A stretch of DNA of 64,000 nucleotides, taken from NCBI GenBank assembly GCA_003971905.1, contig RSEE01000006.1:1054001-1118000 (forward strand), in the 5' to 3' direction. Both the position numbers and the translations under genes were made by a program. Below are positions 12,719 to 26,000 of the stretch, in pieces. Under the pieces are notes generated by a model. That model ran no database searches, was not told where the DNA came from, and worked only from the letters and a program-made list of their open reading frames with translations. Source of the stretch: Moniliella sp. 'wahieum' (lineage: Eukaryota). How positions within the stretch are numbered: the stretch's first letter is position 1; the number at the start of each line of letters is the position of its first letter.

Positions 12719-15700
12719 CGGTGGAGTGAGAACGCGGCGTGGCGCGGGCGGAGTCGTTGGCGCTGGCGGTGTCGGTGGGGTAGAGGCGGGGCAGCGCCGC
12801 CAGCAACGGAAGGGGGTGGGGTTACCAGCAGGTTACTAACCAGGCTGGGGCAGCGCCAGAAGCTTTTAAAATTCACAGCACCCGGCCTATCGGCGTGCTT
12901 AATCGCCGCCATGGGTGGCGGTCGGGCATTATTACATTCATCGATCATCGACATCCATCATGATCGCGATCAAGCTTCAAGCTGCAAGATTCATTCAATT
13001 GCAACGTCGAACTCAACTGAAATTCTTTGGCCGTATTGAGCAACTGGTGATACTACGGCGTTCTTCTCTCCTTCGTGCATATACCGAGAGGACTCCGTCG
13101 CTTTGCTGGTTGGCACGGCAGGTTTAGCACATCCAAAGCAACTCCCCTCCACGCGCAAATGGGGGGTTGTACAACTAGTGTCCTCCCCTTTTTTTATAAC
13201 GGGGCCAGTACGTTGCCCCGCTGTGACGCACAATGTGGGGGCAAGAAGGATTATTTCTTTCAACTGTGCCTCTGTTGTGACTGAGAGAGGTTGACAGTCC
13301 GACGTCTCTCTTGTGCCCCTACCGTGTCCCCTACAGCGGAAGCGGGACTTTGCGAGCTTGTGGCACACCACGCTGTATACACTCCTCACGATGTATCCCT
13401 CTGAGCAGGACCGAGAGAAGGTACTTGTCTGCAGTACTCTGTGAGCTATCTCCCCTCGCTCATTTTGGGCCTGCTGGTATTAATGTTCTCCCCCAAAACG
13501 AGATTCCTATGCAGCTTTTCCAACGATCCCTGGTCCCCCGTCCAAAGCACTTGAGGTGTTCTCGTGGTTACATTCCGGCAGGATCCAACACCACTGTGTA
13601 CCTATCTCGGCGGACCGCAACGAATTTTTCGGCTACATTCGGGCGATGCCAGTTGTCGGAGGCGTCCGTCGATCAGCGCACCCGCCTTTGGTTTTTACCT
13701 CTTTTTTACCTACGAAGGGCCGCATTCTGTGACAGAGGGAGGTCGTCGTCAGACGCTTCTCTTTGTCTCTCGGTAGGCGCCCCTGAATTGTGTCGCCGCG
13801 CGGGCCTGTAAGAAGTCCCCATTACCACCCAAATCTCGTCTTGCCATCATTCCCACTTCTGCTCGGTATCGTGCCGCTCCGAAAAGTTCGCTCATATTCA
13901 TCTTGGACCGGACAGCCAAAAGATGCATGTATGCAAAAACGGATTGTGGCAAGATCAGCTCTCTGGGTCAATGTTGGCCTGGCATTCTCTTGGGATCCCA
14001 ACAATGGGGCCCTTACGAGAAAAGACAATACTGGACACTGGAAACCCGGGAATGTTCCACAGCAGGCGGGAACGCCGGTCTGCCCGTCTCGAAAGATGAT
14101 TTTGGGGGCAAAACTGGACTGCGGTGGTTATAGATTTCCGGTCGACAGGAAAAGCTGAAATAGTAAGAAGAGGTCGTTGGAAGTGGACTGATGAGATGGC
14201 TGGCAAGGTGCAGGAAGAGCTGACGATGAGAGATTTGCCTGATGGTGAGGGGCAAGTGTCGTAGTTTGGCTGATCACGCTCCCATTTCCAATTTCTTCGT
14301 CCCGAGCGTCTCGCTCTTTCCCTGTTTCTTCCACTTCGCACGACGTCCTCTGCTCTTGCTTCTTCCCCACGAACGATTGCTACACTCCTTGGCCTATAGT
14401 CCCGATTCTGGTCTCCCTCGCCTTAGTCCCGACTGTGATAGCAAGGATGAAGAAGAGACTAACCCTAACCCGCAGCCAACCCTATTATGATCTCCATCCC
14501 GTCGCGAACGAGCGGTGGCGCATCTCAATCACAGTCTTCTGGGTTCGACGTTCGTAGTATCTGTCCACTCCTGTCCATTGTCCTAGTACTCAAATCCAAT
14601 CCAATCCATACCAGTGTTCTACAAGGGCTCTTGCAGGGAGAGAGAAAACTCGGTTCAAGCACCATATCCAGGTGGAACTATAACCAGTGGACAAGGCGCA
14701 ACCTAGAATGGGACCAAGCGTACGAAGGAGCGAATCGCTTCTCAGTATGGAACACGGACGAAGGGGTGACATGTGACAACGCCCTATTCCCTCAGCTCAG
14801 GCACGCTCAACCAGAGACAAAATAAGGATATACCTAGTGTGTATGACGAGAGCCAACCGGGCGAGCTTCTCAGCAAGAACGAAAAGCACACATCATCGAC
14901 ATCATCAACCAGGACGCTCAAACTCTGATCGATCAGAGCTCGTTCTTGTTTTTGGGTACCGGGTCTTCGAAATGGAAGAACACGACAAAACAAGATGGCT
15001 GCTGGGACCAAACAAAAGCAACGCACGGACCACCTCAGCTAAATCGAAGGGACTCGATCTCGTTGCCCACTGAGAACTGAGATGGAAGGGAACATGCTTC
15101 ATCTGGACTACAGTGGACTGAAGATGGAATATACATGGGTTGTCTAAGCGAGTCACTTGCCTCTGACTGCTGAGCTAGTCAGCCCGGTATTGAGGGATAT
15201 ATATAGCGTCCAACCCAGGCAAGAGAGACAAGGGGAGCCAGTGCGCTCCCACATGACATCACAGAACGTGGGTTGGACCCTTGGACTGTTTTCGATCCTG
15301 TTTGCCCCTGTTTGTACACACACTCTTTTTCATGTGTGGCTTGAAGCTCGAAGCTTGACCCAGCTCGCATGATGCGCATATGTTGCGCTTAGAGGTATAA
15401 CAAATCCCTCGCATCTCCTATTAGATGAATACGCCCCCTCTTTTCTCTTCTAAGCGGCTACCAAAACCACTCCCGACGTATTTTCGCCCAGACTCATAGG
15501 AAGCAGGAGCTCCGGATAGCAGCACATGGTATAGTAGAGTGGGCAGGACAGATAATAGGTATGGATCCTCTGGCAGCCGGGTTGTCCCTGATGTTATACT
15601 GGGGAGACGAAAAAGGGAGTCGGGTCTGGGCTTGGTCGATTGGGGCGAGCTACAGGTAGGCCGCGGGTGGGGGCAGGACGGGGGGGCAAGGGCAGCCAGG

Positions 15701-15758
15701 TCGGTCAGTTACTAGGTGGGTGCGGGGTAGGGGGGGCATGCAACATGGGGTCATTCGG

Positions 15759-17217
15759 TCATTCGACCAATTGAACGGGGACCATGCCCCGCACCGCGTT
15801 GCACAGAAACAGTCGCCACTGTTCGGGGTGCCGCACCACCTCCGACACCCGCACGTCGCCCTCGACAACCCAGCCGCGGGCCAGGAGCTCGCTGCGCATC
15901 AGGCCAGGCAAGGGCCCGTCGCGGGGACGTACGATCGGGGTAACGAAGCGATCGGGTTTCTCCGGCGCTTGCGTAAGGTCTTCCAGGACCAAGTTGGCAA
16001 TGCCCGACTCGAGCAGTCGGGTGTGCCCCATCGCATCCCTCGACCAGAGCAGCACGTCAAACACCGGCGGTGGACTTGCACTGAGGGGAGGATGGCAAGT
16101 GAGGTGGGCAGGGTCATGGAGAAAGGCGAGTTGGTCCCGCGAAGCAGAGGGATCGGATGCGACCAGTCGTTGAGCCAGGTCGGCTGTCGAGCCACGACGC
16201 GGTGCATCGACAGGGGGCTGATGCCCCAGTGGCGTGGGAAGAGAACCTGAGCCCGGGGCAGGGCTGGGGTTGTACGTGGGGGTCAAGGTGGCGTTGACCC
16301 GGCGCTGTGCGTCCACGTATCGTTCCCGAATAGACGTTTTGTGCGTCACGCTAAAAGCAACGGGGGCGTCCGAAGAGGATGGATGGGCGGGGAAGCGACG
16401 AGCTGGTTCGGTGTCCAGCCGCACCGCTGGCATTGACTCGCCCATCTCGGGGGCGGATGAAACGTGGGCTGAGATGCACCAAGGGGCATGGATCGAAAAA
16501 TTGGACGAGGCCGAGGAGGCCGAGCGAGATCGACAGACCGAAGTGGGCGTGATGGGGGACGAAGGCGCAGAGGAGTTGTGCAAACTTTGTTGGGGGGACA
16601 AGGAAGCGCCAGGAACAAAAGGGGTACGAACAGAGAGGCAACGAGTAGTGTGTGCCATCGTCCAGGGGAAGATGAGCGTGAAGCTTGAGCAAAAGTTGCC
16701 GCCCCAACTCATCTGGTGGTGCAGGGGCGAGGGGATGCTCGAGCGCCCAATCGGCAGCGGCGTCAACGAGACGCTGGATGTGCCTATCAGCCAGGGGATG
16801 CGTGCGTAAAGGGCGCGGAGCGCAGCATTCTCTTCCTCTTCGAGCGTGATGGCATAGGGTGTAGCCTGCCCAGAGCCAAAGGAGAAATGGGAAAAGGCCG
16901 CGGGCCCACTGGCATTCTTGGCGACCGTACTGGATGTGGGTAACGATGTGTGGTGGAAATGATGATGAAGTTGATTATGCTGATGGGGTGGACGATAATC
17001 GTCGTGAGGGTGATGAAGGAAGTGAGGATGCAGATGGGCATTTGCGTTGAGTTTGGGAATCGGCATTGCTGCTGCTAGTAGCTGAGCTGCTGAGAAGGTT
17101 ATCGCGGTGGGCGGTAAGTTGGGGCGGGAGGGGGAGGCCAAGCAGCGGGTCGTCTGGTGCCGAGGCGCGCACCGCCGCAGGCACCACCCGCATAGTCGTC
17201 ACCAGGTAGAATCCCAT
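15759..17217 (-). CDS. PLP-dependent aminotransferase class IV / 4-amino-4-deoxychorismate lyase (ABZ2-like)
   Basis: N-terminal MGFYLVTTMR; VRLDTEP..THKTSIRERY (Schiff-base Lys); DVLLWS..LLESGIANL; FVTP..LPGLMRSELLARGWVVEGDV; LFLCNAVRG. Confidence 0.8.
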
Positions 17218-18572
17218 ATGGAGTCGAAAAGGTGTTAGGATGGATCGAAGGCGGGATGGTGGTGGTCCAGACGATGGAGTAAAAAGAAAAATAAGGCAGG
17301 CGGAGCCGAGAATAGGGCGAAAACAAAAGACCGACTGCAACACTACAGTGAACTCTGGAACAGGAGAGCGGAGCGGTGGGACACTCGGCAGAAAGCGCTG
17401 ACGCTGAGAGTACGTGAATACTGAAGATATCCCTGCTGTTTGATAAATCACCCCACCACACTGCTGAGGGGAAGATGCGGATGAGTTGGGTGAAATATGA
17501 GAGCTCGCTCTGAGTCTGAGATCTGAGGATCTGAGAAGCTGCGATATCCTTTGCTCTTGAAGCTAGCTAGCTAGCTTGAAGCCTGGCTTGAAGCTTGTAC
17601 AAACAGTTCGTCGGCTCACACTACATCAGGAGTGACTTTTGCATTGCCTTGCCTTACCGGCTTAGCGGTTCCCATCATCGACATCATCGATCATCGACCA
17701 TCAATATTCAATCATCAACATCAATCGAACGCTTTGACACTCGTCTGCGGAGGGGCGTCAGCGTTAGCGCCGTTACGCGTTACGCGTTACACGTTAACGT
17801 TTAACGCTTGTAGTCTTGGCGTTGCCTCAGGCCCCCAGGGTCTCAGGCCTCGTGCGTCATGTGGCGTGGCCGGTTGGAGGCGCCGATGGATGATGCCTGT
17901 GCGCTTGAAGCTTGAAGTTTGAAGCTTGAATTCAAGCTGGAAGCTGGACAGCATGGGCCAGGCCACAGAGCACAGCCTCCGACTCTGCCCGACGATGCGT
18001 CTAATGTGGGCGCGCAAGGGATGGTGAGCTGATATAGAAACGGGGCGCTGCCTCTGATCTGCTCCCAACCAGGCGAGACCAAGAGTAGCCCCACCGTGCA
18101 AGGCGCAGCGCTACAAGTCTGTACACAGGTCTGTACAGGTCGGTACCCCACAGTCCGTACGGCGCCGGCCTCCTCCGTCTCAGGAGGCAGAGAGGGGGGC
18201 TAGCCCAAGGCTGCCCAAGGGCCGGACGCGCACCACCAGCACGCTGTCCGATGCGCCACCGCGTCATGACGCGCAGGACGCCCCGCCCGACGCCTGTCCA
18301 TCCCGGCGCCAATGCCCGAGGGAGAGAGTCGCATGTTCTTGCCAGACGGCAGAATGACAGGGCACATGTGACACTGCCTCAGCCTCCTCCTGGGCCCTGT
18401 GCGACACGTGCTGCCACATCACGTGATGCATGGCAGCCGCTGTGCACCGCCCAGCGACCAGCACGTGACCCTATTGGCAGCCGCACTGGGCACCCACCAG
18501 GGCTACTTTGTTTTTTCTTCGCCCTGCGACATCCGACAACATTGGGCGCGACCACCGCCCCTGTGCCGGTCC

Positions 18573-21090
18573 ATGTCATCCGACTCGAGCCTCACCCCCT
18601 CGCCGCCCCCTCCGCCGTTCCCGCCGCCTTCCCACGGCCCCCCTCTTCGCCCTCCCCTGCTCGGTCCCAGCACTCCGCCTCCCGCCTCCCCCGCCCCCGC
18701 TCCGCATCCCTCGTCCTCGGCAGCCTCGCCTGCCGGATCCGAGGCGGAGCAAGCGCTGGACTGGGATGCAGCCGTCCTTCCTACCACTGCCTCTCGAAAT
18801 CTCAATCCTGCCCCCGTCTCACCCTTTTCTCCCCCCTCACCCGACGCACGAGCCCCGATAGAAGGCCAAGTGCATCCTATGGCGAGGCGTCGAGCGGCGC
18901 CGAAGCGTCAGAGGACGAGGTGTTGACTGACCCCCCTTCTTCTCCTGCACCGGGCCGGAGCCGCAGCAGGCCGACCAACGCCTCCCTCCCACACGCATGC
19001 GCAAACGCAAACGTACGCCGCCGGGAAAAGCCAAGCTGCAACAGCGGCAGGAAGCATGCTGTGCCGCCTGGGCGGCCGAGGCACGTGCGTGGGCCCAATG
19101 GCCCCTAGCGGATGCGCGGGAGGCGAGGCGGGATGACTTGTATGTAAGACAACATCAACATGTACCTGCGCAACTGCCTGCGTCCGGGCTGCTCGTCGCG
19201 CTCCGCACCCATGCGGCGCAATACTTTCGCGCACACAACCAACTGCAGCCATCGCAACTGGCCGCACGGGCGCGCGGCACGTTCCTCGATGGTGGTACGG
19301 CGCACGAGGCGGCATGCACAGCAGAAGCAGTACATGTATGGCAAAACCTTGTCACACAGTCTTTCCACGTCCCCCATCAACCGGAGGACCCACCTCTCCC
19401 TCTTGCCCCTTTCCCCGTCGTACCAAGCGGATCAACCCTTCCGGGACGTATTACAGCGAGTACTTGGCCGGCGGACAACTTCCACCCATCTATCGCCAAC
19501 AGGCAATTGACTTGCACCGCCAGGCCCAGCGGGTCAACCAGTACCTCTTCCGGTGCCGCCGTTGGGTGCGCAAGCTGCGCAGCGACATTGCGGAGGTTCA
19601 GGACAGACTGAACAAGTTTGCTGCCGTGAAAGTGGCGACGAGAGCAGCAGCAGCAGCAGCAGCACCGGCAGCAGCAGCACCGGCAGCAGCAGCACCGGAA
19701 GCAGCAGCACTGGAGGCAGCAGCAGCAGCAGCAGCAGCACTGGAAGCAGCACTGGAAGCAGCAGCACTGGAAGCAGCAGCACACCTGAAGCAGCAGCACC
19801 GGCAGCAGCAGCAGCACCGGAAGCAGCACTGGAAGCAGCACCGGCAGCAGCACCGGAAGCAGCAGCACTGGAAGCAGCACCGGCAGCAGCACCGGCAGCA
19901 GCAGCAGCCGTCGCAGCAGTCGCCGCGGACAGGACTTGAAGCGGGGTGTATCGTCCCAATAATGCCGGTGCCCAAACGCAAGCGGGAGTTATCCACGGTA
20001 CGGAGCTAGAACAGAAGCTCAAGGAATTACAACAGTCGCTGGAGGAACATCTGCTCCGTATACCGCAATTGAGAGAGGAGGAGTCGCGCTGCGCAACGAG
20101 GAGAGCCTGCTGTTACGTCGATACGAGGCCTATGGGGGCTGATGGAACCTGCCGAAGAAGATGTGGATGTGGACAAGGCGTTGGAAGAGGGCCAAGTGGC
20201 TGCGTCGGCCTTGTCGCTGGAAGAGCAGATGGCCCAGTCGCTTGGCGTGCTGCATCCCTGGGAACAAATGGAGGAGGAGGAGGAGTTGCGGCCCTTTGGG
20301 ATACACGCTGCCGTGCAAGCGCAGCGCGAGGCTGAAGTGGAACAGCGGGCGCAGCAGGGCCATTCTACGCATTTTGGCCAGTCGGCCCAGTCGTTTGACC
20401 GGATGCTCCAGCTCCTTCGACCCAACATGTCATATGCGTTGGATGCAAGCGCACTCGTTGCTTTGGGTAAGATGGCTTCCTCTTTTCGTTGAGGGCCCAA
20501 GCTAATCGTTGAGTTGTCTAGGGATCTATGTAGAAAGTGCCTGGCCGAGCACCTGTCGGCCTGGCCTGCTGTCACCCACAGCCCTCTGCGCACGACGAGG
20601 AGACGAATGTCGCGGATGTTTTAGGATTCCCTTTGGACGCACCGGCCTGGTCGCTCTATGCGGCGCCTGATACCGAGGGCACCGGCCTTGCGCCCCGCTC
20701 AGCGTACAGTGTCATATCCAACAAGCTGTTGCGCCCGACCTGGCCTTGGTGCGAGGCGCGTGTGGCCCACAAGGTGTCTGGAGGAGCGCTGCCGGCGACC
20801 GAATGGGCTGGCGTGCCCGCGGCACTGTTACCTGTGTGACACGAGCGATGTCTCCAGGGGATCGAGGGGAGCGGGTCGGAAGCTGTCGGACGAGGTGCGG
20901 CGCAAGAACTTTACGGCCGCCTGGTAACAGTGCGCCAGGCCGGGTCTATCGCTTGGCGGGGCTCGAGTCGACGAAGCGGTGGACCAGCAGATGGGCCGGA
21001 TCGTCCAGGCGACGGACCTGCCCAACAGCTCGGATGCTTGAGGGGCAGGCGGACGCAGATCTGTCAGGCATCCGTCACACCAACCAGTAA
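18573..21090 (+). CDS. Putative RNA polymerase I upstream activation factor subunit Rrn10-like protein with a long Ala-rich insertion (frameshifted; intron 20467-20521)
   Basis: LPASGLLVALRTHAAQYF and, after splicing, MSYALDASALVALG|IYVE resemble the two conserved blocks of the UAF_Rrn10 family as I recall them. An upstream WAQWPL motif is present. The GTAAGA..GCTAAT..TAG intron shows the locus is a real gene. Confidence 0.5.
19643..19920. repeat. GCA-based coding minisatellite (AAAP / EAAAL / EAAP units)
   Basis: Runs of gcagcagca interrupted by ccg, ctg and gaa codons. Confidence 0.9.
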
Positions 21091-21491
21091 TCCGCCAGCT
21101 ACAGCGCCGGCTACCCTGCGTCAGTCAGGCAGTCGTCGTTGGTCGTAGTCATATCTAAATGGGACAACCGACTTGCCCCAACGAGTGCGCGCAGGCCAGG
21201 CCAGCGGAGGTTATATTTGCTGCGGCGGCGCGTCTGTGTTGCAGCGGGCGGAATGCCAGCTGGTTCCGCGCGGAGGCACCTGGCCGCTGCGTGGCGGCGT
21301 GTGCGGCACAAATGGCCCTGGGACGGACCAGTTCCGATGGCAGCCGCCTTGAGAACTGAGAGGTTGCGATGTGAGTTGGGAGGATCGAACATCGCAATCC
21401 CACGCGGCCGCTGGTTGTGTTGGCCGCCGCGCTTCTGCTCAGCACACACGACACCCACCACCGCCTCCTGCTTGTGCCCTGCCTGCCTGCC

Positions 21492-22550
21492 ATGCCCAAC
21501 GCTCTTATCGCCCCCTCTGTCCTCGCGTCCGACATGGGCGCCCTCACCGCCGAGTGCAAGCGCATGATCGACTGCGGCGCCGACTGGCTCCACATGGGTG
21601 CGTGCCTTGCTAGCGTTGCTTCCCCCCCTCTTCATGTGTATGCATGCTAACGTTTTGCTTTTGCCGTTTCGCTCGCCCCGTTCCCAGACATTATGGATGG
21701 GTGCGTAGACCCGCCCCCCCCCTCCTGCGCCCGCCCTCTGAGCGAATACTGACCCGTTTCCACAGTCATTTTGTGCCCAACATTGTCCTCGGCGCGCCCA
21801 TCCTCGCTTCGATCAGCAAGACCTTGCCCGACGCTGAGCTCGACTGCCACATGATGGTCGCTGCCCCGGAAAAGGTGAGTAGGCCTGGGTTGCATTGCAC
21901 GTGCGCTTGCAATTGCATCGCATCGCCAATCTCATTCCATTCCCTCGTGCCGTTTCCCTTGTTATGATCTGCATGGCTGACCGAGTACCTCCAGTGGATC
22001 AAGGATATTGCTGCAGCCGGCGGAAAGTCGTACACCTTCCATCTTGAAGCGACCCGTACGTAGTTGTTATTGTTTTTTTCTTTCTCTCTTCCCACCTTGT
22101 CCTTTCCCTCGTTGCTCTCTTACTCACTCACCTGCCCTTGGAAAGACGATCCGTTGGAGGTTGTGCGGCAGATCAAAGCGGCGGGCATGCGGGCTGCTGT
22201 GGCCATCAACCCGGGCACGCCTGCCAGCGAAATTTCCGATGAACTGGCAGCGGCACTGGACATGATTCTCGTCATGACTGTCTGGCCGGGCGCAGGTGGC
22301 CAGAAGTTCATTGGGGAGTGCATGCCCAAGGTGCGTCAACTGCGGCATCGCTTCCCTCTCTTCACATTGAGGTCGACGGCGGTGTGGGGCCGGCGACAAT
22401 CGACAAGTGTGCCCAGGCGGGGCGAATGTGATCGTGGCAGGCACGGCTATCTTTAATGCCGAACGCCCCCGCGACGTCATCCAGTTCCTCCGTACGCAGG
22501 TCAACGAAGCCCAGGCGCAGCTGAAGGAAGAATGGGCCAAAAGCGCCTAA
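21492..22550 (+). CDS. RPE1: D-ribulose-5-phosphate 3-epimerase; 5 exons including a 13-nt microexon at 21688-21700
   Basis: IAPSVLASD; DWLHM|DIMDG|HFVPN; LDCHMMV; YTFHLEA; AVAINPGTP; MILVMTVWPGAGGQKF; IEVDGG; VIVAGTAIF. Confidence 0.97.
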
Positions 22551-23015
22551 GTTCGTCCTCTTGCCCCCCACCCGTTCTTCTTGGGGAAAGGGGTCAGGCG
22601 GGGAAGGGGTGATTGTGTGAAATCTACCTCCCTGCCAAAGGTCTGGCTACTGCCCATTGGCTCGTCTCCTCAGCCTTAGTTGCGGTCCCCGCTTTAATCG
22701 TCCGCTTCTGCAACGGGTTCACCAACGATGGTGAAAACCATGGTCGGCTGCACACGAAGCATAAGGGATGGACGTACATGAAGATGACTACGTTTGCAGG
22801 GTCAATAGAAGGCAGACGTTGAAGTACGTAGATAAATGGCGCACGCCTGCCAAGATTGAGCAAGTCAAATTAGGTGGCAATGGACAGTAGATGGAAAGTA
22901 AGGTAACATTATACTGATGCTAGACAAGATATATGTTGGAGAAAAGGTTGCCAAAACACAGAGGGGTCCGATCAGGATCTCCTAGAGGGGAACCCGAACC
23001 AGCATCGAGCGCAGA

Positions 23016-24074
23016 TTAGTCCTTGCGTGTCAAGTCGCCAGCCGGCAAGACAAAAAGGGAGGAGTCGGCGGTGATGATGCCCGTGGAGGCAGTATAAAAG
23101 GCACAGGCGGCGCAAAGAATACCAAATGCGCCGCCCGCCGTTCCAAGGTGGTCGTTGCCGGAAAAGTAGTGGCAGAATAGCAAGAGGAAAGTGATGGTAA
23201 GAGTGAAGATGACAGAAAAGAGGGCGAGCGATGCGCGCAGGGTGGCAAAGAGCAAGATAAACGTCACGATGAACCACGCGGCCAGGAAAATGCCATGCTC
23301 TGATCCAGCTCGGCGGCCGGAACAGCTTGGATGCCGAACCAGGGGATAAAGATGATGGCAAACCCAATCCAAAAGCTCCCGTACTAGTCAACGAAAGTGT
23401 TAGTATATCGCTGCTCCAGATCGTATGCGATAGGGGAGAGGGACAACGTACCATGCAGAAGGCAGTGGCACCAAATGTGTTGCCTGCAGATAAGACGAGA
23501 AAAGGTAGAGAAGAATTAGTCAGGGTCGTCGCGGCGAATAGCGATGAGAAAAAACGAGATGATCAGATGAACATACCAGATGCAAACTCCCAGACACCTG
23601 CAATCAGCTGTGCCAGTCCTCCAGTTGCCAAAGCAGGTGCGACAATCAGGTTCGGGTGGCTGATGCCCCTGGCTCCGACATTAAAGAGCGAGAGGATGAA
23701 GGTAGTGGCGGCAAAGGAGAGAAGTCCCAGAGGCGAGGGCGAGGCGAACTTCCTGTGGGCCGGGGGGGGGCACAGCAGTCAGTATTCGGGACTTGCTTGA
23801 GGGGCGCAGGGGGGAGGGTACTTACCGGTGGTACACCGGGAACGCCGGTTGGGATGTGTCGACCGCGTGGCCGCCAGCTGTCGAAGTGTTAGCAATGCGA
23901 ACACTTGATAAGGAGCCTCGCCGCTGAGCTCAGCTCAGCTCAGCAGAAGGTGAGATACGTACGAGTGACAGCGCGGACGATGGAGGGAAATGCAGGCTTT
24001 CCCTCTCCATTTTCGGACGACCTTTCCATGCCAGACTCGGCGTCCTTTGAGCGGTGGAAGGAGAACTGGGTCAT
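23016..24074 (-). CDS. GPR1/FUN34/YaaH family acetate/ammonia transporter (ADY2/ATO-like), multi-exon
   Basis: RKFASPSPLGLFSFAATTFILSLFN; GGLAQLIAGVWEFAS|GNTFGATAF; YGSFW; GIFLAAWFIVTFILLFATLRAS; AGGAFGILCAACAFY. Confidence 0.93.
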
Positions 24075-26000
24075 GGCGGTGGAGGTGGGGAGGTGGTGGG
24101 GCGGTTGGTGGTGAAGCAGAAATCTCCTGGCGCGCGCAGACACGGCACAGCCGTCGATCCCGGCGGCTTTTATTACGGGCGTTGGAGCAGGGTGGAACTG
24201 CAGCGCAGAGTGGAGACCACGTGGGGCCGGCCGGGGCACCAGACGGCAGGCGGATTAGTGATGTCTTTTTTTCGTGGCCAGTGGGTGACCAGTGACCGGT
24301 GACCGGGCCAGAGGGGCCAGCCCCGCACAGCACGGCACGGCTGTGGACGCTCTTGGTTCGAACAGAATCGCCGCCCCGTCCCGCCGGGAATGCACCCCGG
24401 CGCGCCGGCAGCCTGGCGCCAGTGTGCCCCGCGCTTGCCTGCCCCAACCGAACAGACGCGTGGCTCAGACTGCCCCCCCGCCGCGTGCAGGCACACCTCG
24501 GTCGCTGTAGGCACAATGGCCTCAAAGAAGCCCCCTGGGCCCGCGACTCCTAACCACCACCCTCTTCCGGCACTGGGGAGACGGGTTTCCAGAACCCAGA
24601 GGTCGCTGACTAGCTGACTGCTGACGTGCTGATGCGTCACCGTAACGGCGCTGATGCTGCGCTGAGTACTGAGTGCCTGAGTGCGGAGCGCGGACTCCTC
24701 TCCCCTCGAGCCTCCTAGGGCCTCCACAGGCCGCCCAGCCACCCCGGTCCCCGCGCATTGTTGACGCTGTCACCGCATCACCAGTCGCTACAGGAACGTG
24801 GCCGCGACGCTATGCCCGCCACGCAGGCCGTTGAACCCCCCCCCGTCCGTTCCAGTACACATGGACCCCTCGGCCCAAGGCTGCTTGCAACGTTTTCTTG
24901 CTCTTTTTGAGGCGTCTCGTTCTTCCTCCCCGCACACTCGAAGGCCCCACGACCCCACATTCTCGTTCTCCAGATGCAACAGCAGGCAACGACACAACCA
25001 CAGAAGGCAGTCCATGGTATCATCGGCATCCTATAGCCTATTGATTGTCTTCAAAAGAGGTCTAGCCCATTGTTCCTCCAAGCCTTGTGTCGGGCTTTTG
25101 GTAATCGGTGAGGGCTAAAAAGCGTGCTGAGTACGCCCTCAGCCCAAGCGATACCACAGGCGATACCAGATGTTCAGTCAGCGCTCAGCCTGCTCCAGCC
25201 TCGCTCTCACCGAGTCCATCGCACTAGCGCCACTGAGCAAGTGTAAGTGCGACGTATGAGTTCACGCTGTACGTCACTAGTTCACTAGTCACTCTAGTCA
25301 CTAGTCACTGCCAGAGGCTTTTCAGGGACCGCAGCGATAGCTCCTTTGGCGTGTATCAGTGTGGAATTGGAAACACTCGACTGCCTCGCTAGGTACGACA
25401 AAGCAGTCTCCACGCTCAACGTACGTTCAACATCCAACGTTCAACCAGAGGCCCTGACCCCAAAGCAAACAAAGAAACTACAGAGGTGCCCCACGGCCGC
25501 AGGCTAGCACGACCGGCGTATACCATGCATACGAAAACATGGTACGACTGGCCTCCCATTGCAAAACGTGGTGCAAAACGTGGTATTCATATATCGTTTG
25601 CTGGCCACCGGTAACCGGTAATAGATGGTAGCCGACCTAACTTTGGCTTGCCAACCCGAGTTGGCCGGGGAATGGAGGGAAAGGGAATTGGGGGGTTGGT
25701 GCGAATGTCCGCTTGGGCCGCTGCCATGAGGTGCCTGAGGGACGCTCAGGGCAGGAGTGTAGCAAAGTAGACAAATGTGTTGCAGGACTGGACTTTTGCG
25801 CTCAGTCATGAATTCGGTCTTCGTCCAGGAGGGATAGAAGGCAGTCCAGAGAGAGCTGGGCACAGTGGAGACCAGATGTATGGGGAAAGACCATCGCCGT
25901 ACATCACTCGCTTGGGGTCTGAAAACCCAAGGCAGGAGAGGGAGTTGCCAGGCCAGTACTTTGGTTTGCACTCAGGCCCTCAAGTCTCGGATCTCAAGTC

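Noticed and set aside
11714..13039. Long plus-strand ORF (441 aa) and similar antisense ORFs elsewhere
   Set aside because: Shadow ORFs of high-GC coding sequence on the opposite strand.
19377..20022. Cys-rich or poly-Leu ORFs on the minus strand (metallothionein-like)
   Set aside because: Antisense shadows of the GCA repeat in the plus-strand gene.
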